From the NCBI GenBank assembly GCA_013239625.1, contig MU055362.1:7346634-7410633 (forward strand): a stretch of 64,000 nt of DNA, written 5' to 3'. Numbering within the stretch: the first letter of the stretch is position 1; each line of letters begins with the position of its first letter. This DNA comes from Lama guanicoe (lineage: Eukaryota). Shown piece by piece: positions 51,111-61,760 of the stretch. The notes beneath the pieces were generated by a model. That model had not been told where the DNA came from. It did no database searches and saw only the letters and a list, made by a program, of their open reading frames with translations. The translations under genes were made by a program, and so were the position numbers.

Positions 51111-51602
51111 TACAAAGACTAGGCAGGATTTTTAAATGACCTAAGAGAAATTCACACAGCAACCGACAGGAGTCACAAATCTTTGTTACCCAGCAAAGAT
51201 AGTCCACGTTATCAAATTTATCACGTGTGATATTCTTGACAGGAAATAAAACATACACAATGCACATCGGAAAAAGGCATACTCTAAATCTACAAACAAG
51301 TACTTCACAGAGGTCTCCGTGGTTAAACACGGCAGCTTGGATTCATCGAGCAGCGTGCCACTGCCCTGCCCAGCCATTTGAGACCTTATCTCCCTTAATC
51401 TCCCAACAACTTTCTGGAAACTGGTAGCACCATCATCCCCATTTTACAGATTAGGTAGCAGAGGCTCAGCAGACCTGGACCTGAACCCAGGTTATCTGGC
51501 TCCAGAAACACGAGCTGAACCTCCCACCTCGTCTTGTACCTGTCCCTTTAAAATGGAAAGGCCATTGCCCAATGGAAGGGGGCACACTTTGTTAAACTAA
51601 GT

Positions 51603-51822
51603 CTGTAGTTCTCAACTATGGACAGTTTGGACCACAAGGGGACACAGGGCAAGGTCTGAGGACATTTTTGGTTGTCATATTTTTGCTGGGGGCCAGTGGC
51701 ACAGAGAGGGTAGAGTCCAGGGCTCTTGCTAAACAAACATCCTGCCATGCACAGGACAGTCCCCAGTGCAACAAAGAACCATCCGGCCCAAAATGCCAAC
51801 CGTGCTAAGGTTGAGAAACCTG
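51603..51822 (+). mobile_element. MER20 hAT-Charlie DNA transposon, near full length
   Basis: 'gttctcaac...gacatttttggttgtca...catcctgccatgcacaggacagtcccc...gcccaaaatgcca...aggttgagaaacctg'; about 220 bp with TIRs. Confidence 0.88.
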
Positions 51823-52924
51823 GGCTCAGTAATCTTATCTCACTCAGCCTGCAAAAACATGCAAATTTCCACTCCAGGCCTCAATCAGTGTAGAAGCTGG
51901 TATAACCAAGTGTTTTTCCAGCTGGTCCCATAAAAAAACTGGGGTTTTGTGAAGATGCTTCAAAGCGTCCACAAATGTTTGATTCTAATGTTTCTTTTTA
52001 GAACAAGCTCTAGATCAAGAAATATATAGCACCTGTCCTTACTTTTAAGCTTTACATATTTTTTGAATCTCAGTGTATTATTCATTAAAATATTAAACTG
52101 CCAACCACCCTGCGGGTTTTGGTGGAAACTTCAGGAAGAATGGTCTATTGTAACTTCTGTTTAACTGAAGTGGATGTTGAGATGTCAATATAAATCGTTT
52201 AATGGAGAAAAAAAAAGCTGTAGCCACTTAACTGTTTGACCAGGATTTGATACCACACAACCAAACCAAACTCCAGAAACAAATTATGTGCTAAGCTTGA
52301 TAAGCCTGCAAGTGTCAGGAGAACCCACTTAGAAATTTCTGTGCTTAGCTGGATGACCCCATGATTCTCAGGGACTCTAAAAAGTTAATAGCGAAGTGCA
52401 ACTTATAAAATGGAGTCGCTAAGAAAATACAAGGGCTGGCTGCCACAGACCAGACCCCTACGCCTGCTGGCTGTGGCCCAGAAGGGGGCACATACGGCTG
52501 ATAGAACAGTTGTTTCCATTCTTTCCAGTTGTTCCAGTCAAAGACGACCAGACGTCCTCTCCGCAGCCTCCCCAGCCCTCTTACAGACCATGCAGGCTGG
52601 GCCCCAAGTGCCTGAAGACAGTGGAGAATGAACAGATACAAATACCTCAACTCAAACAAATACAATGATAAAATTAAAACAGAAGTTTAGAAATGGTAAG
52701 TAAAAACGGTAACACTCGATTGTCTTATTTTATCTGGCCAATGTAATGCAACTGCTATTGGCTTAGACAAGACAATATTGTCTCCTTAAAAGACAGACAT
52801 CAGGCCACAATGGACTCCCGGGTTCTGGTCTGGGCTCTGTTTCTGCCGAGCTGTGGGACCTCAGACAAACCGATTCGCCTCTCTGCTCCCCAGTTTCCTG
52901 GCCTGTCCAAATGGAGTCTACCTT

Positions 52925-53040
52925 GGTTCCACTCCAAGAGTGGTCTGGGGCCCAAGAGCATCAGCATCCCTTGGGAGTGTGTTAGAAATGCAGGCTCTCA
53001 GGCCCCCCCTGGAATCACTGATTCCGCATCTGCATTGTCA
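52925..53040. mobile_element. MER5A fragment
   Basis: 'gcatcagcatcccttgggagtgtgttagaaatgcaggctctcaggccc'. Confidence 0.75.
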
Positions 53041-53319
53041 CGTGACGTGGAGGTGTGAGCAGCACTTAGCTGGCCCCCTCCGCTTCAGGGTCCCGGAGCG
53101 CCCTGCATATATGACAGCAAGAGTCCCACCTTCCCTCACCAGTACTAACTCAGGAGGCAGTGAGCATCCTTGATTACCTGATAATGAAATGTTCTCAAAA
53201 CAGAGGCTACTATCATTGAACAGACATGCTTTAAAGAATTCTGAATGTAACCAGCCTTTTGTCCCCCAGGGAAAAAGAGTCAAGCCAGAATAAGCCAGCA
53301 AACAAACAGACGACTACAA

Positions 53320-53665
53320 ATAGTTGTTCTCATGAAACAATAGGCATCAGAATCATCCAAAGAGTGGAATGGGGTACAGATTCCAGGATCCCCTAGACTG
53401 GAGCACTGTCTTTAACGCTCCCCCTCGGGACTGTAATGTGCAGCTGGAATTGGGAAGCACAGCCCTGGTCCAGTGGTTCTCAAAGTGCTATCGCCAGAGA
53501 ATGGGCATCAGCATTACCTGTAACGACTTGTTAAAGCTGCAAATGTCGAGACCTACCCAGACCTACAGAACCTGAAACTCTGGTGGGGCCACGATCTGCA
53601 TCCCAGCAAAGCCTCCGGGCACCTACCTTCCAGGGGATGCTTGCTCAAATTTCTGAGACGTAGAC
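53320..53665. mobile_element. Tandem MER5-family relics
   Basis: 'gcatcagaatca...' then 'cagtggttctcaaagtg...catcagcattacctg...ccagacctac'. Confidence 0.7.
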
Positions 53666-53819
53666 CTAGTTCTAAAGAAGGAAGATCTCCAAGGGGTTAA
53701 AACCCAGGAGTCCGTATTTCTGAGCAGTGCCCAGGAGGTTCCTTGCAATACAGCCCAGAGAGCTGGCTGGTCACCTGCTTCAGGAAACCCCCAGGCCCTA
53801 CTGAGCATTATTCTGAGCA

Positions 53820-54090
53820 GACAGTAGTTAGCATGAGATATGCGGTACAGTCTCTCTCCAGTCTGACTGCCCTAGTTTGAATCCAAATTCCCTGAATGTG
53901 GGCAAAATATCTCAGGTATTTAAGTGTCCATTTCCTTGTTGACAAAATGGGGATAATCACGGTAAGAGTAACTACACCATTTGGGTTTCCTTCTGTGTCG
54001 TTATGAAGAGTCAATAAATGATTCACATACAGCACTTAACATCGGACCCAGTGCATCGGGAGAAGTCAATAAGCAGAAGCTGCCACCATT
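53820..54090 (+). mobile_element. MIR relic
   Basis: 'tttgaatcc...tgggcaaaatat...catttccttgttgacaaaatggggataat...agcacttaaca'. Confidence 0.7.
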
Positions 54091-55503
54091 ATCAACTGTT
54101 GTCACTGCTTCTGACCCCAAGACTAAACACACTACTACCCAAGTTAGCCTTTCATAAACAAAGAAATGCCTCTTCCTCAGCCTTACAGAAGCCTCTGGCT
54201 CTCTTCACATAACCAGGGAAAAGAAAAGGCCTCAAAAGCTCACTGGAACCTGAGTGCAGTCTAGTTTCTCACCCAAAATGAGAAGAAAAGTTATCCCCAT
54301 CGAGTACGTGGCCAGCCCTCAATTTTCAATCAGCAAGTGAAAAACAACTGAGCAGCCAATAAGTGATCAATTAACTGATCCCAGAAGCCTCTGAGGCAAC
54401 AACCCCAAAACTTCAGTAGGCGAAAATGAGAACCCTGATTAAAAATGCAAACTCGCAGGCTGCACCGGAAGCCTGCTCTATCAGACCAAGGGGAGTGGGG
54501 CACTTACAAGTCAGCATCTAACTCATCACCAGAAAGGAAGCTCCCAGACGTGTTTTTGCTCACTGACGAATTCCGCAGGGGCCGAGCACACAGCAGAAGC
54601 ACACCAAACATTTCTGAATGAATGAACAAATATTCTGAGGTATGGACTTCAATGAGACAATTAGGCTAAAACTCACCACTTGTAGCAAGTGAATGAACCT
54701 TTGGAATGAGTTAACTGGCATCTGGAGGCTTTGTCAAAGCACTTCAGTGAAAATGACATCTGTGTCTGTCTCTGTCTCTTTCTCTCTCGCACGCACACAC
54801 ACCCCCTCTGTGGAAAGTGGACATGAAATCTCACAACCAGGTCTGGAAATAAGAGTAAAGAAAAAGTGAGGAAGTGAACGTACCAAGAACTGACGTTGTT
54901 TCTGCGAGATCTCCCTCTTCGCCCAGATTTGCTCCTCAACTGAGGGGGCAAATCCTCAAGAAAACTGCAAGGCCAGGGAACTTGCGGAGCAAAGGAGGGC
55001 CTCGTTCACAAGAGCCAACCACCAGAAACGTCAACTGGGGAATAAAAAAGCCAGGAGCCCTCCAACATCCTGGCCAAACCCCCTGGTCTAATTCTCTGGC
55101 CACTCTGATCACAAACACCAAGGATCTACTGGGGCAAAGTGATGGTCTCCAAGCCACAACAACTCAGGAATCTCAACCACGTAAAGACTCAGACAAGACT
55201 CAATGTCAAGTTCACATTCAAGAATAAAGGAACAACATGGGGCAAGATGCTCTCCAGCTTCTATCCTTCTCTCGCTGGCTCCACAAAGCACAAAACCCTG
55301 AGGAGAGGCCTCGGGCCGTACTGAATCATGGGGGACGAGTTCTAAGACCGAGCAGGAGGGGTATGAGCTGGCAGAACTCAGACGGGAACGTGCAAGCCCA
55401 AGGACATGAGGGAAAGCAACACCCACTGCAGAATCTCCACTGCTCAGCTGTGTAAACAAATAAAATGGTCCATTTCTTCTGGATCTTCTCCTAGTTGTCT
55501 TTG

Positions 55504-55539
55504 TGCACGCACACACACACACAGACACACACACACACA
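55504..55539. repeat. Imperfect (AC)n microsatellite
   Basis: Directly visible. Confidence 0.9.
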
Positions 55540-56089
55540 AACCACTTCACATCTGAAAAGAAAAACAACCAAGAAAGGTCTACACAGTTTGTTTTTGCTG
55601 CGTGTGGAGTTTTTTCCCCCCCCAAATCACATCTGACTTGGTGTTAAAACATCAACCTTTGGCCAAAATACTCTTAAAACAAAGGCTTAATTGGTTCTGA
55701 AGTAGCCCTTCTGAAAACCAAGGGAAACATCTTCCATGGGTCTTGACCTTGATTACAGAACTGCTCTTAGGGTTGGAATAATGATGAAGGAGGAGTGGTG
55801 GAAAAACTAGCTTCAGGGAAGCAACGGGGAGAGCGCCTAAATGTTTATCCACAGTCACCTGCAGGGCGTCCCCAGGCGGCATCTGCAACATGGGGCCACC
55901 TCTGTGCTCAGCCTGCAAAATCCTTTCCCGGAGTTAATGGAGAGATGGTGGGAGGAGTTCCCAGGAGCAGGGGCCAGAAAACAAAGCACCGCATGAAGGG
56001 AGCCTGGGTGGACTCCTACGCGTCACTCACATACCTAACAACCACTCTGCTGGTGCCTTTCAATGACAACACCTGAAATCCAGTGTTCA

Positions 56090-56885
56090 GGTCTCTTTCA
56101 AAAGGGCAACAGAAGCTAAACACAGGTATTACTCACCCAGTCCACTCTGGGTACAAACAACAGAATCTGAAACATATATTCCTCCGAAAGATGCAGGTTA
56201 GGTTACCAGGGCCTTATATTCATAATAGCAGGAAACTAGAAGCAATCCAAATATCCAAAAATATAGGGCACGTGTGCTGTGAAATAGTACACGGCCGTGA
56301 AAAAAGAGCAAACAATGTCACAGGCAATTACAGGGATGTAACTCACAAACACAATGCTGAGGGCGGCCAGACATGAGACAGTAGATTCTACACGATCTCA
56401 TTTTTAAGAAGCTAAAAAACAGATAAAACTAATCTATGGTGACAGACGAAACTAATCCATGGTGAGAATTTTTGTTGGCAGTGGGAGAGAAGCCTCAAAT
56501 AAGCAAGACTTCTGGGGAATTGGTAATATTTTTTTTCAGGGCCCAGCAAACTACAGCCTATGTGCCAAATCTAGCCACCGTCTGTTTTTATAAAGTTTTA
56601 TTGGGACCCAGTTGCACCTGTACCTACTCCTTTATATTTTTGGCTGCTCTCACACACAATGGCAGAATTGAGTAGTTACCACAGAGACTGTGTGGCCCAC
56701 AAAGCCTAAAATATTTACCACCTGGCCCTTTACAGAAAAAGCATTCCAACCCCATTCTATATATACGGATTTGAGTGATGGTTTCATGGATGTTCACAAA
56801 AGTAAAAGTTCATCCACCTCTCCACTAATGGTCTGTGCACTGAGCTATATTTATATTATCGCAATAAAACTCTTTACAAGTCAAT
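56090..56885 (+). mobile_element. Old L1 (L1ME-like) 3' region, interrupted by MER58A
   Basis: 'ttcataatagcaggaaactagaagcaatccaaatatcc', 'aaaactaatctatggtga' and 'ttctggggaattggtaatatt|...|ttctatatatacggatttgagtgatggtttcatgg'. Confidence 0.75.
56537..56755. mobile_element. MER58A hAT-Charlie MITE nested in L1
   Basis: CAGGGCCCAGCAAACTACAGCC ... 'aaagttttattgg' ... 'tggcccacaaagcctaaaatatttac...ggccctttacagaaaaag...ccaacccc'. Confidence 0.88.
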
Positions 56886-59171
56886 AGAGTTCAAAAACTA
56901 TGTCTTTTCTTTAAAAAGGCTTTTTAATTTTCATTCCAATTTTATTTGTGTTAACCATTTAGGGAGAACATGGTCTTTGTGTTACTCTTGTCTTTCCAAA
57001 ACTGAGCCGGGTCAGGAGACTGTCAAAAGTGAGGAAGAGCCCTACGCATCAATCGATATTGTGTCCAAACCTTTTCCAAGAGCGTAACATGTCTGCAGAG
57101 TCCCTCGGAGGCCATTCATATAAACGATGAACTTGGCCAAGTCCTGAGATTACAGGAGGGGCGGGAGGGGACAGGGGTATGAATCTCATGTGATGCACGG
57201 TGTCATACTACTTGAGGTTATTTTAGGATGTAGCTTAGGAGAGCAACCAGCTCAGCTCAGACTGAAATACAGTATTTATTAAGGTTAGACAGTTGTAAAT
57301 TTCCAGGGAAGAAAATTCTGCCCCGACAATCGCGTTGCATTTAAGGCTTAAACTGGAGAGTCGGGCAGAGGGGAAACGTCTGCTGTACTCTACACTCAAG
57401 TAGGGCCACCCTCCCCTCTATGCCCCACATTGCTACGGAGTTGCCGTGTGCCTTGGGAACAATTTTACTGCGTCTGAGGTTTCCTCTTTTTCTCCCTTGG
57501 CTTCTTTTGTTTTGTTTTGTTTTGCCATTTATCCTTTGATGAGCCAACTAAAATTACAGCTAGATACCATGTAGCTTGGCCTCATCCCAGTCTAGCGGTG
57601 ACTGGAGGAGAGTGGGCCCTGAAAGCATGGCGGCGCTGGGTCTCTACTAAAATGTCTCCCTGTTTGCCCACGTGGGCACCAAGCCTTAGCAAACAGAAGC
57701 AGGGGAGAACAGTACCACCTGCTCACGGAGGAACGGCAATGGTTTCAGTCCCCCACACAATGAGCTCTGTAATTTACTCCGTCTTCCTCCTGAGAAAAGA
57801 GCTTCATGTGGCCCGCACCGGGCCAGGTGGCTTGGAGAAAGATGAACGGCCCCGCCTAACAAGGGACATTTCAGCGAGGGGTGTAAAGACACAACAGCTG
57901 GTCTGGTCTCGGCCGGTCTGGTCTCCCAGTGACATGGCCCCAGCCAGCCTTTCCGCATCAAGATAGGGATCACATGCTATTCAACCTCAGCAATTCCCAC
58001 ACCCTAGGCAACAGGGCTTCCCAGCCCTCCACAAGATGTAGTAGGCCTCAGGACATCCATCCATTCATCAAGAGTTAGGGTTTGGGCTTGTTCGCCAACC
58101 AAGTCCTGAGTCGACACCATTTTCTGGGAGCAAAATTCACCGTGCCGTTCCTCAAAAGGAGGAAGGGTCCACCAGGAAGTGGGCCAGAGGGAACAGCGGC
58201 CAACAAGAATTCCAGCCTCGGAAGTCTCTGGGGGGGTGAAGGAGTAATCCCAAGAGTTGCATTTTCCCCTAAAATACACACACAGATCGGCAACACAACT
58301 GCAGAAGGAACCAAAATATTTTTTAAATACGTTACTGTCACCTTGACATAAGCCCAAAATATTAGGGCTCCAACAAATAATGATGTCTGCTGAGTCACAC
58401 TTTTCACTGGTGGAATAATTCACAACTGAGCAGGGGGCCAAAGGGCTATTGGAAAGTCTTCTCCAGGCAGATGCAGATCTGAAACAGCAGAGCTACAAAG
58501 ATGCGATGTGGCTGTACTTCCACGAGACCACACACACAGACACAAGTTACCTGCAAGTGGTACCCGCCAGAAAGGGAGCAATGGAATAACGTGAATGATA
58601 CAACCAAGCGACACCAACTTCCAAGGAGAGACGACCCCAGAGCCAGACTGGAACAAAAACCTCCCTTCGAAGGGTTAACCCAGAAGCAGAAGACTCAAGA
58701 AGTTTCGGCACCATTAGTTACACCATGAGGTGCATCCATCCTGGCAAGGCCAGGCAGACAGATGAAAATCGTATTAGTCTGCCCTCCCTCCACTACTGCA
58801 TTCTGCTGGCATCAGTTCAGCTCTGAGTCTATATTAGTCCGTGATTTGTTTAGCTAGCCTTTGGATTTAAGAGAATGGAAGCACTACGTGAGCAGGAAAC
58901 AGGACACTCATCAGAAGCTGGGATCCGAAGCCTTTCCCTTCCAGTACGTCTGGTGTCATATATCAACAGGTCCAAGAGAAATCAACATTTCAGAACAATC
59001 AGGTCAAAAGCGGTATTCTTAGCACCACTTAAGATGATTCTGAACCACCGGAAACAACTCTCTGACTGTCACACAGCCTCCTCTCCCATCTCCCCCCTGC
59101 CCCCACCTTAATTCTTCCCGTTCACATTCTGTCCCCTCATCTGAGTCCCAGTTTAGGACCCCTCCCTAGGC

Positions 59172-59200
59172 AAAAAACAAACAAACAAACAAACAAAAAC
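59172..59200. repeat. (AAAC)n tetranucleotide repeat
   Basis: Directly visible. Confidence 0.9.
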
Positions 59201-59356
59201 AGTAGCCAAACTGGGGTCTGTGAGACCATTATGCCTGATCTAGATATTATTAGCAAAAAACACAGGCTTCTCCTTTCTTCCATATCTTTAGATCATTTTA
59301 GGAGCATTTCTTCTGCTGTTGTTTCTTCTTGGCTTCCCACCTCCCCTGATGAATCA

Positions 59357-59392
59357 ACCACCACCACCACCATCACCACCACCATCACCACC

Positions 59393-59424
<32 letters not shown>

Positions 59425-59425
59425 C
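59357..59425. repeat. Compound (CAC)n/(CAT)n trinucleotide repeat, about 23 units
   Basis: Directly visible. Confidence 0.95.
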
Positions 59426-59510
59426 TAGGTTGGGGGAAGGGGCAGAGAATAAGAGACACAAGAGACCTACATATTGACAAATCAGGCTTCATGATCTCTT
59501 GCATGTCCTA

Positions 59511-59722
59511 NNNNNNNNNNNNNNNNNNNNNNNNNNNNNNNNNNNNNNNNNNNNNNNNNNNNNNNNNNNNNNNNNNNNNNNNNNNNNNNNNNNNNNNNNN
59601 NNNNNNNNNNNNNNNNNNNNNNNNNNNNNNNNNNNNNNNNNNNNNNNNNNNNNNNNNNNNNNNNNNNNNNNNNNNNNNNNNNNNNNNNNNNNNNNNNNNN
59701 NNNNNNNNNNNNNNNNNNNNNN
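59511..59722. other. Assembly gap (N run)
   Basis: Ns in the sequence. Confidence 1.
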
Positions 59723-61006
59723 TGTTGCTATAAATAAGCTGCTCATAATAATCTAAGTTAAAAAAAAAAAAAGCACCTATTCAGTAAGCAAAGGCAGGAG
59801 GGGGGACAGGAGTGAGGATCAATGACATGAAAAGGAGAGACGGACGCCCATTAAGACATAAAGGAAGCTAGTGTGCAGAGCAGGAGGCTGCAGAGAAATT
59901 AACTGTGTGCTGCAAAAATCAGAATTGCGACACATAGGCAAGAAGGAAAAGACTGGGAGAGAAAGGATGTTGAGAAGCCACAAGACTGCAAAGGTACAAG
60001 CCCCCCCAGAGTTCTAGTAACTGGGCTCTCACTCTCAAACACAATTCTATTTTGGGGAAAACAAATGTGTCAGGCAGAATTCAGGGGCCACCCGATGCCT
60101 TATACATTCTTTCGCAATGACTAAGCTATCAGTCCCAGGACAGCTCGGGACAGCTCTGCAGCCCGCACGCACTCTAGGAATCCACACTTCCCCAAAGGGG
60201 GAGCCAACCAGTGCCAAAGAGCCACCGAGGTTTCTAAAGACCCCCGATTTGGGGGCCGCTGGGTGCAGGTACCTCCCTGGGTCACCCAGACCTTCCACGT
60301 AGTCCCTCCTGGGCCTTTCCCTCTAAAGTCCGACAGACCCCCTCAACAAAGAAGTGGGTAACCCCAAAGGGAAAGGAATACCAAGATGCCTCTACTAATT
60401 CTTCTCTTCCCAAATAATATTCGTTAATCTTAGGCTCCTACCAATTGGGAAAACAAACACTATCTGCTGATTTATTTTATAAACAGTGCAACAATCACTA
60501 AAGGACCTCAACAATATCTGAAAATGCATTTTAACTTGCCATAAATGAACAAATGATGAAGAATCAGACAGCCCTATAAAATCACTGCCCATCCCCCTCG
60601 AGGGCAGCAACAAGCAAATCAGCTGCATTTCCAAACACAGGTCTGTATCGTTACCGCCAACTATCGCTATTACTAGCACCAGCCAATGACTACGACCAGA
60701 GCCCTCCTGTACAGCAAAGAGTAACCCAGCCCGCAAGTGAGTTTGAGACCTCATTATTTTGTACCTTGCTCCCTGTTAAAAAAAAACTAGTTTATACGGG
60801 TTTTTTTTTTAAGGAGAAAAAAAGAAGTTCACATAAGAACTTCTGAACCAACTCAAAGTAGATACCACATAGTTATGAAATTTTTAAAATAGCCTAAATC
60901 CATACTGCTCAAGGGGTAAGGCTGTCTTGTCCCTAGTTGGGGACATAGTAAGTTCTGAGGTCATTAGATCTTTTCCAAATGAACAAAAAAAACACAAAAC
61001 ACTGCC

Positions 61007-61031
61007 TATATATATATATATATATATATAT
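61007..61031. repeat. (TA)12 microsatellite
   Basis: Directly visible. Confidence 0.95.
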
Positions 61032-61289
61032 GAGTCTGCTTGCTCCCAAACATAATAGTAATCAAAGTTAAAAGGGGGCACAATACAGGTGGGTCAAAAA
61101 ATTACATATTCCTTAACCTGTCAAAGCACAGGAATGGATCACACTCTCTAAAGGCTGAGCCATTGAAGGTAAGCCCCCCCCACACACACGGCCCCCCACA
61201 CACTCAGATGCAGTTCATCCAAAGTGAGTCACTGAAAAAGACAATGAATTTGCCCCCTCGGCCCCCCTGTCCTTTTTGTGAAAGCTGCC

Positions 61290-61760
61290 AGTCAGTAAGC
61301 GGAGATCGCACTAATTACTGTGACAATTCTGCATCGTGTTCAAACAACTTTTGTGAGAGGGACAGGTTCCTCTGCGAGTTTGGAATTCTTGGCCAAGAGC
61401 AGCTCTTGTCAGAGAGGGGGGCTCTCCTGCTCAGGAGAGGAGGCAACACTAAAAGCTTATCCCCCTTTTCAGCCGGTTTTATTCTGCACTTTTCCAACTG
61501 CCTGACTCAGAGCTTAATGGAAACTTGTCCAAGCTTTTCTTCCCACAAACCCTGCGGAGCCCTAAGGCAATCTGCACTCAGGGTAACCACAGAAATCTCC
61601 TATCATCAATTAAAACTGAATGGACACCTGATAGCTAAGTATGTATGTTGTGGAAACAAAATTTCATATAATCACAGCCTTCTGAATAAATTAATGAAAC
61701 TGTGGCTAATCCAAATTCAATTTTCACTTGTCCAATTCCATTCATAATCCTTGCATTCAT
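61290..61760. promoter_or_regulatory. Candidate conserved intronic enhancer (homeodomain-motif dense)
   Basis: Repeat-free. Contains CTAATTAC, ATCAATTAA, AAATTAATGA, CTAATCC and ATAATCC (OTX/PITX-type), TGACA and CACCTG. Motif evidence only. Confidence 0.42.

Noticed and set aside
59231-59428. Poly-His / poly-Thr-Ile coding appearance
   Set aside because: A simple trinucleotide repeat with no splice or ORF support.
61040-61747. 235-aa plus-strand ORF, the longest in the window
   Set aside because: Non-ATG (TTG) start, antisense to TCF7L2, no recognisable homology; an ORF of this length is plausible by chance in 64 kb across six frames.
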